From Candidatus Calescibacterium sp. (GTDB lineage Bacteria > Calescibacteriota > Calescibacteriia > Calescibacteriales > Calescibacteriaceae), in contig JAVVGL010000006.1 in the NCBI GenBank assembly GCA_032249135.1, positions 1-64,000 on the forward strand: a DNA stretch of 64,000 nt, given 5' to 3'. The notes beneath the pieces are model-generated. The model made no database searches. It had not been told where the DNA came from and saw nothing but the letters and a program-made list of their open reading frames with translations. The position numbers and the translations under genes are program-made. This document shows, in pieces, positions 9,387 to 17,460 of the stretch. Each line of letters opens with the position of its first letter. Position 1 is the first letter of the stretch.

Positions 9387-9785
9387 TTATTTTTCAATTC
9401 TATCTGAATTGTTATAGATTTTACTTTTATTTCCCTTATGGTTTCTGAATATTTTGGAAAAGTCTTCCCAATTTTCCGCTCTTATTGCTTCTTTTTTTAT
9501 CTTTTCCAACCGGTTTATATCATTTATTTTATCTAAAAGGTTTTTGATTTGTTTTGCCTTTGAGCTACCAAACTTTACCTGAATATCTAGCAGAATTGCT
9601 TTTTTTAGACCTTTTATAAGTCCTCTCTGTTCTCCCTCCTTTAGCCCCTCTCTCTTTCCCTCCTTGAATCCTTCCTCCCTTCCCCATTTATAAAAAGGAA
9701 CTTTTCTTATGTCTATCTGAATTGGCATAGGCTTTACTTTTATCTTAACATCAAACAAACTCGCCAAAAGATTTATATCATTCAT
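9387..9785 (-). CDS. Rpn/YhgA-like family C-terminal part (EG-repeat helical domain)
   Basis: GREEGFKEGKREGLKEGEQRG, KFG, I.DI.RLE; ATGA overlap with the upstream ORF. Confidence 0.7.
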   Translation of the reverse strand: MNDINLLASLFDVKIKVKPMPIQIDIRKVPFYKWGREEGFKEGKREGLKEGEQRGLIKGLKKAILLDIQVKFGSSKAKQIKNLLDKINDINRLEKIKKEAIRAENWEDFSKIFRNHKGNKSKIYNNSDRIEK

Positions 9786-10363
9786 ATATATTTTATAACT
9801 TCTTTTTTGCTAATGACAATTTCTAAAATCCTTTTCACAACTTTACTGAACGTCTCTGGTTTTTCTCTGTATTTGCCAGCTAAAATTCCGATGATAACCT
9901 CTTCCGGCTTTCGGCTCTTTATAAACACATCTGGATCTACTCTCTTCATATCAAGAACTTCATATTTTAAAGTTAGTTTAGGAGTTTTATACTCCGATGG
10001 AGGAGGGTTCCCTTTACCAATAAATAAGACAATTTGCATAGGTTCTTTTTTGTATTTTTCTACTATCGCATAGTAATACTTGAACATTCTTTCAGGTATG
10101 GTTTTATCTTGCTGAGCCTGAATTTCAATCTGAAACATCTCACCTCCTATTTCAAATAGAACATCAGGATAAAGAGATTTAGCTAATCTTATTTCTGCTG
10201 GAAAAATTCTGAGTTTGCCTTCTACTTTTCTACCGGTTGCTAACCAGATAATTTTGCTTGCAGCTTTTGAGATAATCTCTTTCAAAATAGGATCAAATCT
10301 TTTTAGCTCTTTTCTGCGCTTATATTCTCCTTTTTCTTTTTGATGTTTGGTTTTCTTCTTCAT
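9782..10363 (-). CDS. Rpn family recombination-promoting nuclease N-terminal part; frameshift-split from 9387-9785 (possible pseudogene)
   Basis: FDPILK, PDVLF...IEIQ...D..IPERM..Y, QIVLFIG (PD-(D/E)xQ nuclease pattern). Confidence 0.75.
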   Translation of the reverse strand: MKKKTKHQKEKGEYKRRKELKRFDPILKEIISKAASKIIWLATGRKVEGKLRIFPAEIRLAKSLYPDVLFEIGGEMFQIEIQAQQDKTIPERMFKYYYAIVEKYKKEPMQIVLFIGKGNPPPSEYKTPKLTLKYEVLDMKRVDPDVFIKSRKPEEVIIGILAGKYREKPETFSKVVKRILEIVISKKEVIKYI

Positions 10364-10639
10364 TCCAAAATTTTGTATTTTACTTATTTAGTACAGAATG
10401 AAGCATCTGGTTTATTAGTTAATTTTACTTTTTTGTTTGAGTTATTTATGTTTTATATTACCAATATTTCTCTTTTACTAGTCTTTTTTTTGGCTTGCTA
10501 AATCGTAGTGAGGAATTTGCCTTGCCGTCCGTTTTGAAGTATTCCGCTGAAAAGAATATTTGTTGGTTTTTTGAAAATCTATATTCATTTTGAAATAAGG
10601 GAAATTTATAATTTTTGAGATAAACTATAACTTTTAGTT

Positions 10640-11113
10640 ATGTTAATCCAATCTCAAGAGGAGCTTTTTGGGGGAGTAATAAATTTAAAGCACATAACTG
10701 AAAGAGGGATAAAGGTATCAAAGCTTTTTTCCAAGGATGGGCTGAAAGCAATCTTTCATGGTGAGGTGAAAAGGAAAGGCGAGGAGATTGAGATATTAGG
10801 TAAATTTTTCATTGAAAAAAAAATGGAATGTGCAAGGTGTCTTGATGAATTTCTATTTAGTGCAGAAGAAGAAGTTTTTTTAGTTTTGAAACCTGCCTCT
10901 TCATTACCTCGTTCTGAGAGAATAGAGCTAAAGATGGAAGATTTAGATGAGGATTTTTTTGAAAGTCCGGAAATTGATTTTTATGACTACATGGGTCATC
11001 TTGCTGAGCTATTTATACCACAAATTTCTTTCTGCAAGCCAGATTGTAAAGGAATTTGTAAAAACTGTGGAGAAAACCTAAATTCTGGAAATTGTTCCTG
11101 TAGTAAGAGATAA
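10640..11113 (+). CDS. DUF177/YceD family metal-binding protein
   Basis: CARCL and C-terminal CKPDCKGICKNCGENLN...CSC. Confidence 0.88.
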   Translation: MLIQSQEELFGGVINLKHITERGIKVSKLFSKDGLKAIFHGEVKRKGEEIEILGKFFIEKKMECARCLDEFLFSAEEEVFLVLKPASSLPRSERIELKMEDLDEDFFESPEIDFYDYMGHLAELFIPQISFCKPDCKGICKNCGENLNSGNCSCSKR

Positions 11114-11194
11114 TTTTCTACTTGCTTTTTGTTTGACAAGTTTATATTTTCTGTTTTGTGCTATATTTCTCTCATTAATTACTAAAATTATTAT

Positions 11195-11893
11195 TTGGAG
11201 ATGGAGAAAAAGGGAGAAAAAAGGATTGAAGAAAATGTTGTTCCGCTTTTGCCGATTTCGAACATAGTTCTATTTCCTAAAACGAGAACCTCTATTTTGA
11301 TTTTTGATGAAAGACAGAAAAAAATTGTTTTTGACTCAATAGTGACATCCGGAATTGTTGGAGTATTTTTCCCAAAATCAAGATATTTAAGAACAAGAGC
11401 GGAGAACGTAGAATTCTTTCCAGTAGGATGTGCAGGAAAAGTTGTTTCATTTACTGAGGCTGGGGAGAATGTGTATAACATACTTATTGAGGGAATTTTC
11501 AGAATGAAGTTCATAGATATTATAAGGGGCGAGGATTATGATAGAGTAAGATTTGAGATTCTTCCAGAGATCTTGCCACCAGAACCAGTTCAGGATAGGT
11601 TGAAGATGGAGATAATAGAGAAAGCATCGTCTTTTCTCGCAAGGTTAGGGGAAGACCCAGTGAGGATAAGAGAAATAATGCAGATTGCAGGTATGATGAA
11701 ATTTGAGGAAGTTGTGAACTGGGCTATATTTCTGCATCCTATGAAGTTTAATATAAAGCTTGAACTTATTGAAGAAAATAACGTTGAACAAAGAGCAAGG
11801 AGGTTTTTGGAAGAGATAGAAAAGGATATCACCTACCTCAAAATTATTGAGTTATATAGACCATTAAAGCCACGAGATCCCCGTGTAAATTGA
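11195..11893 (+). CDS. Stand-alone LON peptidase substrate-binding (N-terminal) domain protein
   Basis: VPLLPI.N.VLFP, IFDER, VGCAGKV, YNILIEG..R; no AAA+ or protease domain. Confidence 0.85.
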   Translation: MEMEKKGEKRIEENVVPLLPISNIVLFPKTRTSILIFDERQKKIVFDSIVTSGIVGVFFPKSRYLRTRAENVEFFPVGCAGKVVSFTEAGENVYNILIEGIFRMKFIDIIRGEDYDRVRFEILPEILPPEPVQDRLKMEIIEKASSFLARLGEDPVRIREIMQIAGMMKFEEVVNWAIFLHPMKFNIKLELIEENNVEQRARRFLEEIEKDITYLKIIELYRPLKPRDPRVN

Positions 11894-12030
11894 AAAAAAC
11901 GTAAAAAGATAACGTTGAGGGAAACAAATTCTGAAGAAAAAATTTTTGTTTTTTACCTAAAAAGATATTTTTGTTTTTAACATAAAAAAACTTTCAAAGG
12001 GTTAAAATAAAAGAACAGGAGGGAAATATT

Positions 12031-12474
12031 ATGGCAGAAGAAAAAAGTTTAGCTGAAATTGAGGCGGAGCTTCCTGAAAAAGTAAGGAATATAGTTGATT
12101 CTATAAAATCACTAAATGTTATGGAACTTGTCCAGCTTGTGAAAGCGTTGGAGAAAGTTTTTGGGATATCTGGTGTTCCCGTTGCAGCGGCAGTGGCGCC
12201 TGCTGCTGTTGCAGCAGCTCCGCAACAGCAAGCTGAGGCAGAACAGCAAGCGGAGAAAAAATATAAAGTTGTGCTCAAAGATGCAGGTCCGAACAAATTA
12301 CAAGTTATAAAGGAATTAAGAGCTGTACTTCCAAATCTGAATATAAAGGAGGCAAAAGATTTTGTGGAGAGCCTTCCGAAAACCATAAAAGAAGATGTTA
12401 GCGAAGCTGAAGCAAAGGAGATAAAAGAAAGGTTCGAAAAGGTAGGAGCAAAAGTAGAACTTACGCCAGCTTGA
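12031..12474 (+). CDS. rplL: 50S ribosomal protein L7/L12
   Basis: L.V.EL..LVK.LE..FG, Ala-rich hinge, K..VIK..R, KEAK..VE..P..IKE, GAKVEL; GGAGG SD. Confidence 0.97.
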   Translation: MAEEKSLAEIEAELPEKVRNIVDSIKSLNVMELVQLVKALEKVFGISGVPVAAAVAPAAVAAAPQQQAEAEQQAEKKYKVVLKDAGPNKLQVIKELRAVLPNLNIKEAKDFVESLPKTIKEDVSEAEAKEIKERFEKVGAKVELTPA

Positions 12475-12610
12475 CCGACCAGAATATAAAACAGATGACC
12501 TAAACATGGGAATAAAAAATGTAAAGCTTTGGAAAAAGCATAATTGGTAAAAAACTTTTTTGCTTTTTTTGTTTTTTGAAGAAAAAATTTTTATATTTTC
12601 CACGCATTAG

Positions 12611-15600
12611 GTGGAAAATATGAAAGGAGAAAATTCTGTGAATTCTTTGTATTCTTTGAAGGAATATCCTTATTTTGTTTGGGAACTTTCAGAGCGTTTC
12701 AAACCAAAAAGATTGGACTTGGAACTTCAAATACCTGACTTACTTGCAGTTCAAAAAGAATCTTATGATAAGTTCTTGCAAGATGGAGTTCCTCCGGAAA
12801 AAAGGCAGAATGTTGGAATACATAGAGTTCTCTCAACTTTGGTTTTTGAGACCAAAAGGAAAAGGTTAGAATATGTGGATTATGAGCTCACTCCACCTAA
12901 ATATACACCGGAAGAGTGCAAAGCTCGGGAGCTAACTTATGCTTCAATAATGAGAGTTAAATTCAGACTCATAAGCTATGAAGATGATGAAAATACAAAA
13001 ATAAAGCAGATAAAAGAGGAATGGGTTTATTTCGGTGAAGTTCCAAGATTAACTCCAAAATGTTCATTTATAATAGGAGGAACAGAAAAAGTTGTAGTCA
13101 GTCAGTTACATAAATCTCCTGGTGTTTATTTTGAGTATGATAAGTATAAATTGAGAACCGCTTCAAGATTTGTCCCAATAGCTCGTATAGTTCCATATAG
13201 AGGGCAGTGGATAGACTTTGACTTTGATCTCAAAGATATTTTCTATGTAAGGTTGCAGAAGAAAAAGAGAATGAATGCATGGATTTTCCTTAAAGCAATT
13301 GGATTTGACCTTGAAGATCTACTTGATATATACGAGAAAGAAGAGATAATTTTAAGACCAAAAGATGGCAAAATTGAAATCCTCAAAGAGCTAAAACCAG
13401 ATGTTCTCAGATACCAAAAAGCTTCTATGACATATAGGGGAATCGTAGAAAAAGGAGAGAGATTAACGCTAAGATTGATAGAAGAGCTAAAAAATAAGGG
13501 TATTCCAGAAAATATAGATGGGAAGCTTTTCATACCAATATCTGACGAGGAGTTCCCGGAGTCAGATAGTAAGGAAACTCCTGCTTTTGGGTTCAGAGTT
13601 CTTGCGCGAACAATTAAAACAAATGGAAAAACTTTCCCTGCTGGAACACTCATTACCAAAGATGTTATAGATGAACTTTTCCAAAGTGGTATCAGGCGGT
13701 TTGAGACAGTCTGGTACGATGATGTATTTGTATCAGGTTCTATAATAAGAACATATAAGGAGATGGAGAAAAAATACAAGATAAAAACTAAGGAAGAGGC
13801 AGCTGTAGAATTTTTCAGAAGAACAAGACCCGGAGAACCAACTGATCCTCATATAGTCTATGAGTATGTTAGAGCAATGTTTATGTCGCCAGCAAGATTT
13901 AACTTGTCTCGAACCGGTAGAATAAGAATTTCTAAAAGATTTGACTTGGAAATTCCCGTAGAGATAGTAATAAGAGAGGATGGAAGAATATTGAAAAAGA
14001 TAGTAGATGGATTGACGAAATTCCAAGTCGCATCGGAAGAAATTGAAATTGAAGATGGTCTGAAAATTGCTCCTGGAGAGAGAATAAAAGAGGAACACAT
14101 AAAGAAAATGAGAGAGAATGGAATAGAATATATTCCAATATCTGAAGATGAACTTATGGAATATGCCCCGGTTGAAGATATAAAAGATGATGAAGATAAA
14201 GTGATAGTCCGAGCAAAAAGAAATATAACCAAGCATGAAATCGAAGCTCTTAAAAACATCGCAAGGAGAAAGGGAGAATTTAGGTTTCAGGCTTTTTGGT
14301 ATCCGGAAAGCTTGACTTATGCCGATATTTTCCACACTATAAAGTATCTTTTCGAGCTCAGAGCTGGAAAACCCGGAAGAACAATAGATGATGTGGATAA
14401 CCTCGCAAACAGACGTGTAAGACCTGTTGGAGAACTCGCAGAGATGGAGCTACTCCGCGGTATAGAGAGAATAAGAAAATCTATTTTAGAAAAACTTACG
14501 CAAGCAGATCCAGAAACAACTTCTATAAAAGATATTGTCAATTTCAAACCTGCTGCTTCCGCTCTGAAAGAGTTCTTCTCTATGGGGCAACTTGCTCAGT
14601 TCCTTGATAACACAAATCCTCTTTCGGAGCTCACACATAAAAGAAGACTTTCAGCACTTGGAACAGGAGGTCTAAAAAGAGAAACCGCAGGAATAGAGGT
14701 CAGAGATGTTCATTCATCTCACTATGGGAAAATATGTCCGGTAGAAACCCCTGAGGGACAAAATGTTGGACTTATTACCTCACTGGCTATTTTCTCAAAA
14801 ATAGATGATCTCGGTCTCATTCAATCGCCATACAGAAAAGTTGTGAACGGTAAGGTAACAGATCAGATAGAATACCTATCCGCACTTGATGAAGAAAAAA
14901 TACCCATAGCTCCATATGGAGTTGAAATAGATTCTGAGGGTAAAATTGTTCCAGAGGTCTTGCCCGCAAGGGTAGGATCTGAAATAAGACTTGTAAAAAG
15001 AGAAGATATAAAATATATAGATGCAGTTCCTTATCAGATTCTTGGTGTTTCTGCGTCTTTGATACCATTTTTTGAACACGATGACTCAAACAGAGCTCTT
15101 ATGGGGGCAAATATGCAAAGGCAAGCGGTTCCCTTGATTTTTACTGAACCTCCTCTCGTTGGTGTGGGGCATGAAAAGCAAGTTGCAAAGGAGGCTTTGG
15201 CAGTAGTTGTAGCAAAACATGGAGGAATAGTAAAATATGTTGATGCGGAGAGAATAGTTGTAGAGGTCGATGACCCTGATTTTCCCGAGCTTAGAGGAAC
15301 AGCAGATATATACACCCTGACAAAGTGGGCAAGAACAAATCAATCAACTGCAATAAATCAGAAACCAATCGTAAGAGTTGGAGAGAGAATAAAGAGGGGA
15401 CAGATAATTGCAGATGGACATGCGACATCTGGTGGAGAGCTTTCACTTGGAAAGAATGTCGTTGTTGCTATAATGAGCTGGAGGGGATATAACTTTGAAG
15501 ATTCTATCGTAATTTCTGAAAGACTCGTTTCAGATGATGTTTATACTTCTGTTCATATAGAAGAGATATCAGTTGATGTCAGAGAGACAAAATATGGACC

Positions 15601-17329
15601 GGAAGAGGTAACACGAGATGTTCCCGGAGTTGCCCCTGAACTTCTAGCAAATTTGGATGAAGATGGAATAATAAGAGTGGGAGCTTTTGTGAACCCCGGA
15701 GATATAATTGTTGGTAAGCTCACTCCAGTTGGAGAAGTTCCGCTTACACCTGAGGAGAGGTTGCTCAAATCTATTTTTGCAAAAGCTGTTGAGACAACAA
15801 GAGATACTTCTGTCAGATGTCCACCTGATATAAGGGGAACGGTAATTTCGGTATATGTCCATTATAGAAAGGGTACAGTTAAAGACCAGAGAATAAAAGA
15901 TCAAGAGGAGTACCTTATATCAAAAGTGAGAAAAGATATGAGGGATGCTGTTGAAATTTTAAGAGGGAGATTGTGGGAGAGACTTGGTAAATTTGTGAGC
16001 TCACTCAAATTATTCAAACCTGTGAAAATAGGAAAAGATGAATTCTCAGAAAATACTACCGAGTTCAGAGAGGCACTTTTTGCGAAACTCAAAGAATATA
16101 AGGAGATAACTGGTATGATAAAATTTTTAGAGAGCATAAGAGAGAATGTTGACGGAGAAATTCTTGATAAGATTATTCAAACAATAGAAGATTTTAGGAA
16201 AGAAGAAGATCAAATAAGACAACGATTTGAGGAAAAAATATCAGAAATAAGGAAGGGAGAAGAATTACCTCCCGGAGTTCTCAGGAGAATAAGAATACTT
16301 ATAGCATCAAAGAGAAAGATACAGGTTGGAGATAAATTGTCAGGTAGGCATGGAAACAAAGGTGTTATATCTATAATTTTACCACAAGAGGATATGCCAT
16401 TTTTACCCGATGGAACTCCCGTTGATGTAGTTCTCAGTCCTCTTGGTATTCCATCAAGAATGAATATAGGACAGCTTTTGGAACTGCAACTTGGTTGGAT
16501 TTCCCGTGAGCTTGGCAAAAAAATATCACAAATTGTTCAAAATCTTCAAGACGAATATATAAAAATGCATGCAAGTGAATTGAAAAGAAAAATAAAGGAT
16601 TTGTTCCAAAACGGTGAAGACAGAACTGGTATTATCTCAAAGTTTTTTGAGTTTTTGGACTCCCTTGATGAAACTGAATTTTTGAAGTTCGTTAGAGAAG
16701 CTGAAAGGTTAGGAATAAGGTTTGCTGTACCGCCATTTTGTGGAATATCAGAGGAGGAGTTAAAGGAGCTTGCAAGAAGGATAGGAATTCCTGATAGCTT
16801 TACTGTTAAACTCCGAGACGGAAGAACCGGAGAAGAATTTGACCAACCCGTAGCGGTTGGTGTGATGTATATTCTGAAGCTTATTCATATGGTTGAGGAT
16901 AAAATTCACGCAAGATCAACAGGTCCATATTCTTTAATAACTCAGCAACCTCTCGGGGGAAAATCAAGGGGAGGAGGGCAGAGGTTTGGAGAGATGGAAG
17001 TTTGGGCGCTTGAAGCTTACGGGGCAGCCTATACATTGCAGGAAATGCTCACAGTCAAATCAGATGATATATCTGGTAGAGAAAAAACAGTGTATAATAT
17101 AATAAATGGGAAACCAGTTTATACTCCATCTATGCCTGAATCTTTTGTCGTCCTTATAAAAGAGCTTCTTGCTATGGGTTTTGATGTAGAACCTATGACT
17201 CAAAGAGAGCTGGAAGAGTTAAAGGAGGAATTGGAAGGAGAAGAAGTTCGAGAGGAGGAAAAAGTACAAAAATTATCAAAATCGGAAGCAAAGGTTTTCA
17301 CAAAATTAAGAAAAGGGGAGAAAAAATAA
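12611..17329 (+). CDS. rpoB: DNA-directed RNA polymerase subunit beta
   Basis: SQLHKSPG, NPLSELTHKRRLSALG, CPVETPEG, RALMGANMQRQAVP, GYNFEDS, GDKLSGRHGNKG, HARSTGPYS, GQRFGEME. Confidence 0.99.
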   Translation: MENMKGENSVNSLYSLKEYPYFVWELSERFKPKRLDLELQIPDLLAVQKESYDKFLQDGVPPEKRQNVGIHRVLSTLVFETKRKRLEYVDYELTPPKYTPEECKARELTYASIMRVKFRLISYEDDENTKIKQIKEEWVYFGEVPRLTPKCSFIIGGTEKVVVSQLHKSPGVYFEYDKYKLRTASRFVPIARIVPYRGQWIDFDFDLKDIFYVRLQKKKRMNAWIFLKAIGFDLEDLLDIYEKEEIILRPKDGKIEILKELKPDVLRYQKASMTYRGIVEKGERLTLRLIEELKNKGIPENIDGKLFIPISDEEFPESDSKETPAFGFRVLARTIKTNGKTFPAGTLITKDVIDELFQSGIRRFETVWYDDVFVSGSIIRTYKEMEKKYKIKTKEEAAVEFFRRTRPGEPTDPHIVYEYVRAMFMSPARFNLSRTGRIRISKRFDLEIPVEIVIREDGRILKKIVDGLTKFQVASEEIEIEDGLKIAPGERIKEEHIKKMRENGIEYIPISEDELMEYAPVEDIKDDEDKVIVRAKRNITKHEIEALKNIARRKGEFRFQAFWYPESLTYADIFHTIKYLFELRAGKPGRTIDDVDNLANRRVRPVGELAEMELLRGIERIRKSILEKLTQADPETTSIKDIVNFKPAASALKEFFSMGQLAQFLDNTNPLSELTHKRRLSALGTGGLKRETAGIEVRDVHSSHYGKICPVETPEGQNVGLITSLAIFSKIDDLGLIQSPYRKVVNGKVTDQIEYLSALDEEKIPIAPYGVEIDSEGKIVPEVLPARVGSEIRLVKREDIKYIDAVPYQILGVSASLIPFFEHDDSNRALMGANMQRQAVPLIFTEPPLVGVGHEKQVAKEALAVVVAKHGGIVKYVDAERIVVEVDDPDFPELRGTADIYTLTKWARTNQSTAINQKPIVRVGERIKRGQIIADGHATSGGELSLGKNVVVAIMSWRGYNFEDSIVISERLVSDDVYTSVHIEEISVDVRETKYGPEEVTRDVPGVAPELLANLDEDGIIRVGAFVNPGDIIVGKLTPVGEVPLTPEERLLKSIFAKAVETTRDTSVRCPPDIRGTVISVYVHYRKGTVKDQRIKDQEEYLISKVRKDMRDAVEILRGRLWERLGKFVSSLKLFKPVKIGKDEFSENTTEFREALFAKLKEYKEITGMIKFLESIRENVDGEILDKIIQTIEDFRKEEDQIRQRFEEKISEIRKGEELPPGVLRRIRILIASKRKIQVGDKLSGRHGNKGVISIILPQEDMPFLPDGTPVDVVLSPLGIPSRMNIGQLLELQLGWISRELGKKISQIVQNLQDEYIKMHASELKRKIKDLFQNGEDRTGIISKFFEFLDSLDETEFLKFVREAERLGIRFAVPPFCGISEEELKELARRIGIPDSFTVKLRDGRTGEEFDQPVAVGVMYILKLIHMVEDKIHARSTGPYSLITQQPLGGKSRGGGQRFGEMEVWALEAYGAAYTLQEMLTVKSDDISGREKTVYNIINGKPVYTPSMPESFVVLIKELLAMGFDVEPMTQRELEELKEELEGEEVREEEKVQKLSKSEAKVFTKLRKGEKK

Positions 17330-17381
17330 AGTAAAAAGGAAGGAAACAGGAGAGAGTACAAAAAAAGAAAAAAAGAAAAAA

Positions 17382-17410
17382 TTGACATAGGGGATGGTCA
17401 TTGGTATATT
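17382..17410 (+). promoter_or_regulatory. Sigma70-type promoter upstream of rpoC (extended -10, A-tract UP element)
   Basis: TTGACA (17382-87), 17-nt spacer ending TGg, TATATT (17405-10); long A-tracts immediately upstream. Confidence 0.75.
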
Positions 17411-17460
17411 TTTCAAGTTGAGAAATTTAAAGTAAAAATTTAAAAAGGGGGGAAAAAAAT

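Noticed and set aside
9782-9785. TGA readthrough or alternative genetic code joining the Rpn halves
   Set aside because: The two ORFs are in different frames, and TGA is used as a normal stop elsewhere (e.g. malQ, rplL)
5159-10363. Integrative element at tRNA-Asp (TraB-like plus Rpn genes)
   Set aside because: No integrase, no duplicated tRNA 3' end seen, and the genes lie on the 5' side of the tRNA
10485-10555. Locally GC-richer intergenic patch as a riboswitch or sRNA
   Set aside because: I could not match a known family or find a convincing stem; an Infernal/Rfam scan would be needed
11133-11167. TTGACA promoter upstream of the LON-N gene
   Set aside because: Spacing to the TATATT hexamer is 23 nt; only an extended -10 remains, too weak to call
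12530-12575. Attenuator hairpin between rplL and rpoB (aaaaagca...tgcttttt)
   Set aside because: Stem is mostly A-T with a ~19-nt loop, expected by chance in this composition
14570-14680. Intrinsic rifampicin resistance
   Set aside because: Key residues equivalent to E. coli Q513, D516, H526, S531 and L533 are retained; only peripheral changes
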